Of a DNA stretch of 64,000 nucleotides, positions 36,286 through 50,299 are shown piece by piece. Positions within the stretch are counted from its first letter, which is position 1. Every line of letters starts with the position of its first letter. The notes beneath the pieces are model-generated. The model made no database searches and was not told where the DNA came from. It worked only from the letters and a program-made list of their open reading frames with translations. The DNA is from Octopus sinensis (Eukaryota): assembly GCF_006345805.1 (NCBI RefSeq), contig NC_043007.1:19096001-19160000 (forward strand), read 5' to 3'. The position numbers and the translations under genes are program-made.

Positions 36286-37571
36286 GTTTAACGCCTGTTT
36301 TTCAATGCTGGCATGGGTTGGACAGTTACACAGGAGCTGGCCAGATTCCAAGTGTCTGTTGTGGTATGGTTTCTCAGGCTGGATGGCCATCCTTTTATTT
36401 CAAATTCTAGCACAAGGTCAGTTATTTTATATAGGTAGGGCTGGATTAACCCTTTCATTACTGTATTTATTTTGAGATGCTCTGTGTTTCTTTCAATTAC
36501 TTTAAATATAACAAAGAATTTAGTAAAATAACTTGATTATCATTCAGCTAGTGTTAGGAACATTAATTGTGACTAAGGTTTGGTGGAAGATTTTAATTCA
36601 AAACTTATGAAAACAAGACATTTGTACTACAGAACCAGAGCTGGTTTCAGGTGGGTTGGTAACAAAATAATATTCGGGATGCCTTTATCCCTACTAAGTA
36701 TAGATGCAGATGTGTTACCTAAGATTAATTTTGAGGATCTGATCAAAGACTTAGCAATTCAAAAAAGTAGGAGGAAACTTTTCAAATATAAATAAAGTGG
36801 AAGTAGACAAAAATATACATTATTTTCCCTTTTACTGTTTTGTTTCATTTTGAAGAATAAAAATTTATTTCATGGTTTGTTATTATTTATATTTTGTATT
36901 ACATAATCTTTTATGGGGGCACCAAAATCTTTTAAGTGCTTAGGGCCTCAATGAGTTAAGACCCATAATCTTGTGCCTAAAATGTCAACTTATTATATAA
37001 GTCGGTGAGCTGGCAGAATTGTTAGCACACTGGACGAAATACTTAGCATTATTTCAATCACGTTCTGAGTTCAAATTCCACCGAAGTCAACTTTGCCTTT
37101 CATCCTTTCAGGTTCGATGAAACAAGTACCAGTTGAACACTGGGGTCCATACATTCGACTAATTCCTTCCGCCCCAAAATTTCAGCAATTTCAATTCACA
37201 TTATTTACATTTGACGGATATTTGCCCTCATCTTGTTACATAAGGCTGGACAGTATATCAGCCGAAACGCTGTGTTGAGGACAAATATCCATCAAATGTA
37301 AATAATGTAAGTAACTCCTCAGGTACATACTGCCATTTCAAAGTGACTCAGGTATGTGATGCTAATGAGCTGCAGTAACAGTGGAATATCGATATTCATC
37401 ATTCTTGTTTATCAATCAGGTAAGCTGCCTCACCTGGTTTAAGCTATTTACTCAGCGCTTTTCATCTCTTTATCTTGTTAAAGGGTCTTTTCCTCTGGCC
37501 ACATTCCCATGGTTACTAAGCGCATAAACAAAATACAAACATACAATATGCTACACCAGTAATTATATATG

Positions 37572-37640
<69 letters not shown>

Positions 37641-37667
37641 TATATATATATATACACACACACACAC

Positions 37668-37706
<39 letters not shown>

Positions 37707-37760
37707 TATATATATATATATATATACACACACACTATATTATATATATATACATACACA

Positions 37761-37797
<37 letters not shown>

Positions 37798-37871
37798 CAC
37801 TATATATACACTATATACATGTACACACTATTTATATATGTATGTATATATATACACTATATATATATACA

Positions 37872-37919
<48 letters not shown>

Positions 37920-38279
37920 CACACTATATATATACATATATATATGTATGTATATACACTATATATATATACACACTATATATATATATACACGCTAAAT
38001 ATAAATACACTATATATTATATACTCTCTAGATGTATATATATATGTATATTTATATACACACACACATATATAGTGTATGAGAGGTATTGGTGTGAAGA
38101 AGACCCCCCAAAGGTGTCAGGTAATGCTGAGCAAGTGCTATGGACAGACCATAGTTAAGCTCCAGGTTTGATAATGATACGAATGAGGAGTCCAATGTAG
38201 GTCGTGTACAAAAATTAACAGAGCGAGATAAAAAAAATCCAAGGCTGTGAATAGTTTTCAGAACATTTATAAAGAAAAG

Positions 38280-38327
38280 GTCTAACAGCTGTTTCCGGGA
38301 TATTTTATATATCCCTTCTTCAGAGAC
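38280..38327 (-). ncRNA. Type I hammerhead ribozyme motif (PLE-type)
   Basis: GTCT-CTGAAGA-A-GGGATAT(ATAAA)ATATCCC-G-GAAAC-AGCT-GTT-AGAC: stem I GTCT/AGAC, 7-bp stem II and a palindromic loop III. Confidence 0.7.
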
Positions 38328-38494
38328 GATGCGAGAAAATGTCTAAGTAATAGTTATTATAGAGAAGATATGAAATAGAGAGTGAAGTGGAGGAATGAAA
38401 CCAGATGCGAGATATGTAAGGATATTGTATCTGCAGTTCCATTATTTAAGCAGAATGGTGTATATATATAAGTTTCCTGTACCTTGTGTACCGG

Positions 38495-39161
38495 AAGGGA
38501 TGAAGGGTAAGGTTGACCTCAGTGGAATTTGAACTCAGAACGTAGCGGCAGGTGAAATACCCATTTCTTTATTGTCCACAAGGGGCTAAACACAGAGGGG
38601 ACAAACAAGGACAGACAAATGGATTAAGTCGATTATATAGACCCCAGTGCGTAACTGGTACTTATTTAATCGACCCTGAAAGGATGAAAGGCAAAGTCGA
38701 CCTCGGTGGAATTTGAACTCAGAATGTAACGGCAGACGAAATACCCATTTCTTTATTGTCCACAAGGGGCTAAACACAGAGGGGACAAACAAGGACAGAC
38801 AAACTGATTAAGTCGATTATATCAACTCCAGTGTGTAACTGGTACTTATTTAATCGACCCTGAATGGATGAAAGGCAAAGTCAACCTCGGTAGAATTTGA
38901 ACTCAGAATGTAACGGCAGACGAAATACCCATTTCTTTACTACCCACAAGGGGCTAAACACAGAGAGGACAGACAAGGACAGACAAAGGGATTAAGTCAA
39001 TTATATCGACCTCAGTGCGTAACGAGTACTTATTTAATTGACCCCGAAAGGATGAAAGGTAAAGTCGACCACGGCGGAATTTTAACTCAGAACGTAGCAG
39101 CAGACGAAATACGGATATGCATTCCTCTGGCATGCTAACGATTCTGCTAGATCACCGCCTT
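38495..39161 (-). mobile_element. Family A SINE concatemer: head plus three bodies, joined to an older SINE core
   Basis: GAAATACCCATTTC junctions at about 38555, 38739 and 38923 (period 184). Confidence 0.9.
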
Positions 39162-39677
39162 GAAACATAAAAAATAATGAAAATAATATGAGAGCATTAA
39201 CAGTGTTTCACTTTCTATTTCTCCGATAATTATATTTTGTGGTGAACATTCTAGACATGAAAAGACTTTATTTCATACATGCTTCTACTGCTAATTACTG
39301 AAATTACCTAATTAATTATATAAATTTGTGGGGGTTTTTTGGTGGGGGGTGGGGTTGTGTGTAATTATCAAAAAAAATGAAAATGTTAATATTATGATAC
39401 TATGCAACACAGAAATATGTCAAATAAGCACATAACTTTTATTTTCTTCTTTCTTTTCTTTTTTCCTTTTTTTTCCCACATTTTTGCCTCCCAAAAATAT
39501 TTGTTCACAGAGCATCCAGCTGTAGAAATTCTGCCAGATCAAGATTGGAGCCTGGTGCATCCATCTGGTTCACCATTCCTCTGTCAAATCATCCAGCCCA
39601 AGCTAGCATGGAAAGCGGATGTTAAACGATGGTGATGATGATGATGATGATGATGATGATAATGATATATATATATA

Positions 39678-41391
39678 GTAGGTACGTACATATATGTTTG
39701 TATGTATGCATATATTTTTATTTATCTCCTTATTGTCTGACAGCGCCCCGCATCAGGTTCGTTCCGATTCGTCGTTTCGATCCACTTCTTGGTCCCCTTT
39801 TTTTTTATATTAATATTATTATATTGAAGATGCGGTACTCTCTCCCTTTGCTTTAACCTCTTCAATCTTTCTCTCCCCCTCCCTCTTCGCCGCGTGTCCC
39901 CCTCCTCCTTCCCTCCCTTGCCTATAAAACAAAATTCCTTTACACGTGGTTACCACTATTGAAAAGACTGCCTCCACGCGCTGCCACTACACTTTCGTCC
40001 TTGCCAGCAAAAAGGCTTCTTCGTTCGTCCCCTTGTGTGGTCAATTTCCTGTATTAGTATTCTTGTTATTTTCTCGTTTTGTAACTAATTGTACTTTTTG
40101 TACATGTATTTTTATTTTTGCAGTTTTATTGTTTGTCTATGCCAGAAAAAAGGCTTTTTCGTTCGTCCTCTTTGTTTGTTTTTGTACATGTATTTTAATT
40201 TTGCAGTCTTATTGTTACGTTGTTTGTGTTCGTACTCATTGTGCCCCGCTGCTTGAAATTTTATTTTAATTCTCTCGCAGGAAGGCCTATTGGATTAGTG
40301 TTCTGTTATGCCTTCGAAACATGCCTGACTCCTCTAGCGACAGCTGATGATGGGGGTTTTGTCCTTGTGTAACCTGTCCTGTATTTGGTTTTCGTTTCCT
40401 TTCTTGTTTTTTGTTTTTTGGCTTTTTCTGTTTCTACGTCTTATTGTGATGTCCTGTACTTCCGTATAATTATTTATATATGCATGTATATTACATGTAG
40501 ATGTAGGTACGTACATATATGTTTGTATGTATGCATATATTTTTATTTATCTCCTTATGTCTGACAGCGCCCCGCATCAGGTTCGTTCCGATTCGTCGTT
40601 TCGATCCACTTCTTGGTCCCCTTTTTTTTTTATATTAATATTATTATATTGAAGATGCGGGCGGTACTCTCTCCCTTTGCTTTAACCTCTTCAATCTTTC
40701 TCCCTCCCCCCCCTCTTCGCCGCGTGTCCCCCTTCCTTCCCTCTTCCTTGCCTATAAAACAAAATTCCTTTACACGTGGTTACTACTATTGAAAAGACTG
40801 CCTCCACGCGCTGCCACTACACTTTCGTCCTTGCCAGCAAAAAGGCTTCTTCATTCGTCCCCTTGTGTGGTCAATTTCCTGTATAGTATTCTTGTTATTT
40901 TCTCGTTTTGTAACTAATTGTACTTTTTGTACATGTATTTTTATTTTTGCAGTTTTATTGTTTGTCTATGCCAGAGAAAAAGGCTTTTTCGTTCGTCCTC
41001 TTGTGTTGTTTTTGTACATGTATTTTAATTTTGCAGTCTTATTGTTACGTCTTGTTTGTGTTCGTACTCATTGTGCCCCGCTGCTTGAAATTTTATTTTA
41101 ATTCTCTCGCAGGAAGGCCTATTGGATTAGTGTTCTGTTATGCCTTCGAAACATGCCTGACTCCTCTAGCGACAGCTGATGACGGGGGTTTTGTCCTTGT
41201 GTAACCTGTCCTGTATTTGGTTTTCGTTTTCCGTTTTCTTGTTTTTTGTTTTTTGGCTTTTTCTGTTTCTACGTCTTATTGTGATGTCCTGTACTTCCGT
41301 ATAATTATTTATATATGCATGTATATATACATGTAGATGTAGGTACGTACATATATGTTTGTATGTATGCATATATTTTTATTTATCTCCT
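39678..41391. repeat. Tandem duplication of an ~830-bp unit (two units plus ~52 bp of a third), inserted in (TA)n
   Basis: GTAGGTACGTACATATATG recurs at 39678, 40503 and 41339. The units are nearly identical and each contains CTATAAAA after a C-rich tract. Confidence 0.92.
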
Positions 41392-41410
41392 ATATATATA
41401 TATATATTAT

Positions 41411-41440
<30 letters not shown>

Positions 41441-41442
<2 letters not shown>

Positions 41443-42107
41443 GCTGTGAGATATGCTGTGACTGCAAAGACCCGGGCTGCTTCCTGCACCAGTTCCGCAT
41501 AGCCCCTGCCCATTCAAAGTACCTTGGATTCCAGAACATCCCGCTGTGCTTGAGGAGACCTGTTGAGTCAAGTACATGAACATCGAAATAAATATCAATG
41601 GAAATAGTAGTTGTGATACCTGTAGGAAATAGTAGTTGTGATACCTGTGCCAGTGGCACATAAAAAGCACCATCCGAACGTGGCCGATGCCAGCGCTGCC
41701 TCAACTGGCTCCAGTGCTGGTGGCACATAAAAAGCACCATCTGAATGTGGCCGATGCCAGCGCTGCCCTGACTGGCTTCTGTGCCGGTGGCACATAAAAA
41801 GCACCATCCAAACGTGGCCGATGCCAGCGCCGCCTTGGCTGGCTTATGTGCCGGTGGCACGTTAAAAGCACCAACCGATCATGGCCGATGCCGGACCCCC
41901 CCTGGCACCTGTGCAGGTGGCACGTAAAAAGCACCCACTACACTCTCAGAGTTGTTGGCATTAGGAAGGGCATCCAGCTGTAGAAACTCTGCCAGATTAG
42001 ATTAGAGCCTGGTGCAGCCATCTAGTTTGCCAGTCCTCAGTCAAATCATCCAACCCATGCTAGCTTGGAAAGCGGATGTTAAACAATGGTGATGATGATG
42101 ATGATGA
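41441..42107 (+). mobile_element. RTE LINE 3' end with a 67-bp tandem repeat in the 3' UTR and a (GAT)n tail
   Basis: The start matches the ORF end/UTR of 11945-12195. TAAAAAGCACC recurs at about 41661, 41728, 41795, 41862 and 41925. Confidence 0.8.
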
Positions 42108-44439
42108 TTCCAATCTTTTCAACAAGGAAGTTTATGATTTTGCAAAAAAAAAAAAATCTTTTAAACCCCTAAATCCTTATTTATTGCAATTTCTTATTTC
42201 AAACTTTTCTGATTTTATTCTTAAATGCTGATTGCTTCTCATAATTTTTCAGTTTCATCTTCTGATCATAAACTGAAAAAATACTTAATTTTTCATGATT
42301 TCCCCCAGTATTGAGCCCTACATATTTTGGCAAGTAGGTGTACTTTAATTAATATTTTGTGGTGGTGGTGGTGGTGGTGGGGGAGGTAATTTAGTCCAAT
42401 TCTCTTCTCTGATTGAGAAGCCTTGTGGTGAAACGTGTTTCAACCATGACCACCCCGTCTTTTTACAGTCACAGTGTATATCAAGACTGTCCAGTATGTG
42501 GGTGTGTGGACGTCCACCTGTTTCTATTAAGACTGTAGCATCAGAACCATTTTCAGGTGGCCATCAGCTCGGGTACTATATCAATGACACAAACCCACGC
42601 ATATAGGCGTAGGAGTGGCTGTGTGGTAAGTAGCTTGCTTACCAACCACATTGTTCCGGGTTCAGTCCCACTGCATGGCACCTTGGGCAAGTGTCTTCTA
42701 CTATAGCCTTGGGCCGACCAAAGCCTTGTGAGTGGATTTGGTAGACGGAAACTGAAAGAAGCCCGTCATATATATGTATATATATATATGTGTGTATATG
42801 TTTGTATGTCTGTGTTTGTCCCCCCAACATTGCTTGACAACCGATGCTGGTATGTTTATGTTCCCGTCACTTAGCGGTTCAGCAAAAGAGACCGATAGAA
42901 TAAGTACTGGGCTTACAAAGAATAAGTCTCGGGATCGAGTTGCTTGATTAAAGGCGGTGCTCCAGCATGGCCGTAGTCAAATGACTAAAACAAGTAAAAG
43001 AGTAAAAGAGAGAGAATATACCAAAGACGTGCTCCCCAGGATTTCTTGGACACATAGACCTTCTGGACATCTCCGCTGCAGCACCAGAGTAGGATCTGTG
43101 ATTCGAGGGTGATTTAGTTATTTTGCTGGACAGGTCAAACTGCCACTGAACTGAAGTACCTTCATATGCTAGTCCTAGCAGCTTTTACAAACAGCAATTA
43201 TTTATTTTTTTTCAATTTTTTTCTGTTCGAGATAACACATTCAGTATTTTAAAGGCCCAGTACATCACTGGTATTCTTTCATTACTTTACTCTTTTACTT
43301 GTTTCAGTCATTTGACTGCAGTCATGCTGGAGCACCCACTGCCTTTAGCCAAAGAAATCAGCCCCAGGACTTAATCCCTGTATGCCTAGTACTTAATCTA
43401 TCAGTCTCTTTTGCCGAACTGCCAAGGTACGTGGACATAAACACACCTACATCGATGTCAAGTGATGGTGGAGGCACAAACACACACAAACACACACATC
43501 TATATATATATACATATTTCTTTACTGCCCACAAGGGGCTGAACATAGAGGGGACAAACAAGGACAGACAAACGGATTAAGCCGATTACATCAAACCTAG
43601 TGCGAAACTGGTTCTTTATTTATCGACCCCGAAAGGATGAAATGCAAAGTCGACCTCGGCGGAATTTGAACTCAGAACGTAGCGGCAGACGAAATGCCAC
43701 AAAGCATTTCGCCAGGCATGCTAACGTTTCTGCCAGCTTGCTGCATATATATATATACACACACACACACATATATGATGGGCTTCTTTCAGTTTCTGTC
43801 AACCAAATCCACTCACAAGGCTTTGATTGGCCCAAGGCTGTAGTAGAAGACACTTATCCAAGGTGCCACTCAGAGGGTACTGAACCCGGAACCATGTGGT
43901 TGGGAAGCAAGCTTCTAACCACACAGCCACTCCTGCACCTAGAAGTCAACAGAATATTTATGTCTATATTTACTGAGCTGTGTCTTCTTTTAGAATTCTA
44001 CTCATATACCTAAGATGTCCCTACATGTATGGCTCATCACATTGGACCCAAAGTGTTTACCTAAGTCATCTTCTTGTTGTCTTCGAGGTTTTCCAAGTAG
44101 TCTCTTCCAATCTACAGGATATCAATTGGTTTCAAATTTTGGTACAAGGCCAGCAATTTCAATGGCATCTGTAAGTCGATTACATTGACCCCAGAGTCCA
44201 ACTGGAACTTATTTTATCGAACCCCCCACCACCACCACCAAGCGGATAAGTCAACCTTGGCAGAATTTGAACTCAGATTGTTAAGTTGGAAGAAATAGCC
44301 ACTAACCATTTTCCTGGCATGGTAATGATTCTGCTAGCTCACTGCCTTTCTTTGGATACCAGTTGATTCGAGGGATATTTAGCTATTTTGCTGGACAGGT
44401 CAAACTACCACTGAACTGAAGTACCCTGAAGTACATGGG

Positions 44440-44930
44440 TCCACCCACTATCTGTGAACCTTGCAATAAGTTTGGCCCAGTGGAATTTGTGTTTTCAGAA
44501 TTCCATAATTGCACCATTTACTCCACCTTATTCTCAAATTGCCTCGTTCCAGGTATATCCCCACAGTGATACCCCTAACATGGATCTTTCCATGGCCACC
44601 TTTGTCATAGTTAGTCCCTAGTCTATATTCTTCACAGAAATCCTCTTTTTACTTGGATATATTAACATAGGCGCCAGTGTAGCTAGAGCATATACCGCCA
44701 AGGGCGGCCCTTCCTTTTGTCACCCCTGCATCCCACAAAAAATACATATTGCTTACAGCAGACCCAAAAGTGCCACCCCTTTAAAAGTGCCCCCTCACTC
44801 CAGCTACACTAGTGAGCACAGGTAGGATGGCGTTATTGAAGAGATTGACAGACAGGGTCTTGTCCAGCTGCACCTCGAGCACAGCTTTAACCATGGCAAA
44901 AGCCTTCTGTCTTATTCTCACTCTGTGTGA
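44440..44930 (-). mobile_element. Degenerate RTE-clade LINE RT fragment (same family as 4985-5850)
   Basis: Minus strand reads QKAFAMVKAVLEVQLDKTLSVNLFNNAILP ... AMERSMLGVSL...WNEAI...KHKFHWA...RFTD, interrupted at about 44665-44820. Confidence 0.7.
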
Positions 44931-44954
44931 GATTTCAGGGTTTGTGTCTTAGCA

Positions 44955-45243
44955 TATATTTCCTATCTGCATCTTTACGTTCTGAGTTCAAATTCCGCCG
45001 AGGTCGACTTTGCTTTTATCCTTTCGGGGTTGATAAATTAAGTACCAGTTGTGTGCTAGGGTCGATCTAATCGACTGGACCCCCTCCCCCAAAATTTCGG
45101 GCCTTGTGTCGAGAGTTGAAAAGAATATATTTCCTATCTGCGTCTTTATATTCTGAGTTCAAATTCTGCCGAGGTCGACTTTGCCTTTTATCCTTTCAGG
45201 ATCGATAAATTAAGTACCAGTTGAAAAGAATGTATTTCCTATG
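44955..45243 (+). mobile_element. Two headless type B SINE bodies separated and flanked by three copies of the target sequence
   Basis: AT(A/G)TATTTCCTAT occurs at about 44955, 45125 and 45229. Confidence 0.8.
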
Positions 45244-46283
45244 TGAGATGCTTTATAGGTTTATTAAATCAACCCAATGGTTTTATAATGACTTAATCAG
45301 AGGAAGAAGGAGAGCTCTTACGATGATTTTCAGGATTCCTAAGAATGGTGCAAAAAGGGTCAATTACGAAGAGGCTGCACCGCCCTGGGTCGTCTTCAAT
45401 ATTGTAGCATCTGTGTGTCATCCGATAACACTTGTTGCAGTCAGACCATCAAATTGATGCTAATATTTATCTTCTTCCTTTGAGTGTCTCTAGCAGATCT
45501 GTTGCAAGTATTCAGGTCAGCTTTCCAGAATAAACATAGCCTCCTTTTACTGTTTACCATTTTGAGAGGCCCTTGAAACTGATGAGAACCATTGTTTGTC
45601 TATAGATTAAGCTAAAAACAGGCACGCGCAAGCATTTGTAACGAAGAGTACTCAACAATTGAAAGGTGGCTAATTCATTTCTTACTCTTCCGGTACCCAA
45701 GGTTTCCTGTTTGTAGAGATCGGCAATTTTTCCGAATATGATTCAAAATACATACGACACTCTGCCATTAGGGTTAACGAAACTATTTATATAATTTTTT
45801 ACTTGTTTCAGTCATTGGATTGCGCCCGTGCTGGAGCGCCGCCATGAAGGGCTTAGTGGAACAAATCGATCCTACTACTTATTTTTAAAAGCCTGATATT
45901 TGTTCTATCGGTCATTTTCGCTGAACCACTAACTTATGGGGACGTAAACAAACCATCTCTGATTGTCAAGCGGTGAGGGATGATAAATACAAAGATACAT
46001 ACGCATATACAATGAAATTCCACAGTTTCCGTCTACCAAACTCCCTCACAAGACATTGTCCAGGATGTCGTGCAGTGGCACCGAACCCAAAACCATTTGG
46101 TTACAAAACGCGCTTTTTAACCACTCAGCCAAGATCAGGGCCAGCGGGGGGTGGGGCACCAAGGAGGGAGTGACAAAGACAAAGAAATTTCCACGACCGT
46201 CAGCTTGTCCAGGCGCCAGTAATCCTAGAGCCGGCCCTGCCAAAATTCGGGTTGAATGCAAGGCGAAAACCCAAGGCGTCGGC

Positions 46284-46334
<51 letters not shown>

Positions 46335-46419
46335 GCGTGCGTGTGCTCAAGACTAACAATTGTTACAGAGCAGCCTTGTTCTATTGCAATTTCTGGGTTT
46401 ACAACCTCTAGGGATTACA

Positions 46420-46647
46420 CAGTGGTTCCCAAAGTGAGTGGTATTGACCCCTTCGGGGCGGTGGAAAGTTGAAGAAAAGTGGTGCGATTCATCTAAAAAG
46501 TGGGGCGATAATGGGGGTAGCGATTCATGTAAAAACAACAAAATTATGGGTTCATTAAGTTTTATTTGTGAAACACAATTGCTTTGAATTTGCTTGTGGC
46601 CCTGGGTCTCAAGGGGACGGTAGCCCGAAAAAGTTTGGGAACCACTG
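46420..46647. mobile_element. hAT-like MITE
   Basis: TIRs CAGTGGTTCCCAAA / TTTGGGAACCACTG. No clear TSD. Confidence 0.7.
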
Positions 46648-47919
46648 CATTAGGAGACAACTTTAATATATAATACAAAAACACATCGCAGACTGCGATA
46701 GTCAATAAAATATTTAAAACCCTTATTTTCTCTTTGGAATCCGACACGGAATGTTTCGTGGCCTGGTAGTTGGGGGCCCTGGTTTAATGCACTAAAAACT
46801 ACTTTATAAATCTTACTGCAAATAGTACTAGTTGGTGGCACAAGGTCTTATATATATATCCCACTGCGTGGCACCTTGGGCAAGTGTCTTCTACTATAGC
46901 CTCGGGTCGACCAAAGCCTTGTGGGTGGATTTGGTAGACGGAAACTGAAAGAAGCCCATCGTATATATATATGTATGCGTGCATATATGTTTGTGTGTGT
47001 TTGCCCCCTCCCCATCAACATCGCTTGACAACCGATGCTGGTGTGTTTACGTCCCCGTAACTTAGCGGTTTGGCAAAAGAGACTGATAGAATAAGTACTA
47101 GGCTTACAAAGAATAAGTCCTGGAGTTGATTTGCTCGACTAAACGCGGTGCTCCAGCATGGCCGCAGTCAAATGACTGAAACAAGTAAAAGATTATATAT
47201 ATATAGGCGCAGGAGCTGCCGTGTAGTAAGTAGCTTGCTTCCCAACCACATGGTTCCGGGTTCAGTCTCATTGCGTGGCATCTTGGGCAAATATCTTCTA
47301 CTACAACCTCGGGCCGACCAAAGCCTTGTGAGTGGATTTGGTAGGCGGAAACTGAAAGAAGTCCGTCGTATATATATGTGTGTGTGTGTTTTTTTGTCCC
47401 CGCCCCACAACATCGCTTGACAACCGATGCTGGTGTGTTTACGTCCCCGTAACTTGGCTGTTTTTTGAAATACTATATTTCCATAGTTTTCAAACGCAAG
47501 GGACATTTTCCTTTTTTTTCCTCTGCCTGTCTCCGTCTCTCTTTTTTTACGCACTCGCACACACACACACATTTATACAACCCCCCACACACACACACAC
47601 ACACACATACACCCTCTAATTAATGCTACTTCACTTGACATCCGTATTCCATGGCAGTAAAGTTCTGCTTGAATAAACAGAATTTAATCCATGTTCTTAA
47701 CCAGGTCAACAGACGCTGTTTAATGATAATAATAATAATAATAAACTAGGTCATTTCTCTTATCTCTTTCTTTCCCGCTTTCTGTATGTATATATATATA
47801 TATATTATGTGTATATATATATATATAAAATTGAATAAGGGTAGAAATTGATATTAATCAATTAAAACCAGTGTCCCAGCATATTAAAAAAATCCGAAGA
47901 TTAAAATATTTTTAACATA

Positions 47920-48051
47920 CAAAATTTAAAGGACTGACCACTAAAAGTGGACGGTCAACATGCTAGATTATAGCATGTGGAAAATAGCGATTTCACGTCT
48001 ATATCTAGCATGTTGACCGTCCACTTTTAGTGGTCAGTCCTTTAAATTTTG
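47920..48051. repeat. Perfect inverted repeat with 49-bp arms and a 34-bp spacer
   Basis: 47920-47968 equals the reverse complement of 48003-48051. Confidence 0.9.
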
Positions 48052-48162
48052 CATATACATATATATTATATATTATATATATATATATATTATATATATA
48101 TATATAAAAGGTTCGTATGCACGCACTCTGGGATTTCCCAACCAACTATTCAAAGAAGAATT

Positions 48163-48242
<80 letters not shown>

Positions 48243-50073
48243 TGTGTGTTTCAGCACTGCGACATCGATTTAGTTTCACTATCGATTTAGTTTCACTATC
48301 GAAAAGTTTCACTTTGGTTTTATTCTAAAACTCAGAAACCCTTCTTTAATCTTTAATCCTTTAAACAAGAGACAGTATTTACGTTCACAAAATCATTCTT
48401 TGGTAGGCGTAAACCCAAAAATCGGACATAATCCATAAAAAGCTATCTTCTCTGATCGATCTTCTTCAATAGATGTTCGTTGATTAATTGATAAGTTGCG
48501 AGGCCGTCGATGTTTATTAAGTTTGCTCCTGAAAGTTTTCTGTAAAGGAAATTGAGCACTCCCTTAAATTCAGCAGTTGTTGCTGTTGCTATTGTTGTTG
48601 AGTCCCTGTTAGAGCCCAGCGCAGATTTTTTTATATGGTATACAGTAACGAGAAACCGGATTTTCATATTACAATATTTCAAGGTCATATCTCTATTCGA
48701 AAACGAAAGTAAAAATACGGCGTCATACTGCGTTACCTATTTAGTTGTATTTGTTTGTGTCACTCTGTCTATTCATACAGATTCAATATATATGTATAAA
48801 TATATATGTATATGAAAAAACAATTAAAGATAGAAGATGCTAAAATAATTTTATAAAGAACATTTCAGTCCCGGTTTCGGTCATTTTGAGACCTTTTCAA
48901 CTGTAACGATTAAATAATTAAATTTAGAAAAATTAAAAGAAAAGTTTTTTTAAAGGAATATTTGTATAGTGTTCAAATATAAGTGGCATTTTCCTTGTTT
49001 CTGCCTTTCTCTGTCTCTCTTGTTTGCACTTGTGGGTTCGAGGTTGTTGTGTATATATATATATGTATATATACACGCACAACAACAACGACAGAATTAA
49101 ATAACACGCTTGATCTTCTTTAGGTTATAATAAATCTATTTTTACATAAAACTTTCACAAGAAAACTTATTCATATTCAAGTGCGCGGCGCCTGTATTTA
49201 ATGTGAAGTTCGACCGCGTAAGAAAGTAACTTTTATGGATTAGGTTGGGTTTTATTTTACGCCAAGAATGATTTTGTTAATGGTAAATACCGTCTTTTGT
49301 TTAAAGGGATACCATCAAAAAGGTTTTCTGGATATTATAGTATCTTAATTTCGTTTTTGGATTTGGTTCGCAAGGTTCTTTATATGAGTTCGTGTGTTAC
49401 ATTATAAGGCACAAAAAGAAAATGACTCTCCCCAGACACAATAGTATCTTAAATAAAATTAAAATGTAGTTTTTCAATAGCGAACCTAAATCGATGGCAC
49501 ATCCATCCATCCATCCATCCATCCATCCATACATACATACATCCATACATACATACATACATACATACATACATACATACATACATACATACATACATAC
49601 ATACATACATACATACATACATACATACATACATACATAAATTGGTCGAGTTCGTCTTTCGCTATTCCAGGTTTCGCCCGTGGGTGCACCGCGGGGTCTT
49701 TGCAGTGGCGAAACTCAAAAGTAGTAGGAGATTGACTCGAATAAAATAAAAATATTCATCTCTATTCTGGTATCGAAAACTCTTTCTTCCTCCAACAGTC
49801 AGTACTAAAAGCCCACGTATGTATGTATGTATGTACGTATGTATGTATGTATGCATGCATGCATGTATGTATGCATGTATGTATGCATGTATGTATGCAT
49901 GTATGCATGCATGTATGCATGCATGTATGTATGCATGTATGTATGCATGCATGTATGCATGCATGTATGTATGCATGTATGTATGCATGCATGCATGTAT
50001 GTATGTATGTATGCATGCATGCATGTATGCACGCACGTATGTATGTATGTATATATGTATGTATGTGTGTGTG

Positions 50074-50119
<46 letters not shown>

Positions 50120-50197
50120 TATGTGTATGTATATATATGAATGTATGTATATATATATATATATTTATGTAGGTATATATGTATGTATATAGATATG

Positions 50198-50229
<32 letters not shown>

Positions 50230-50263
50230 CACACACACATACATACATACATACATACATACA

Positions 50264-50299
<36 letters not shown>

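Noticed and set aside
40270-40360. Hammerhead in the 830-bp tandem unit (GAAGGC...GCCTTC-GAAA-CATG with a nearby CTGATGA)
   Set aside because: The core elements are in the wrong order or missing, and no stem I could be formed.
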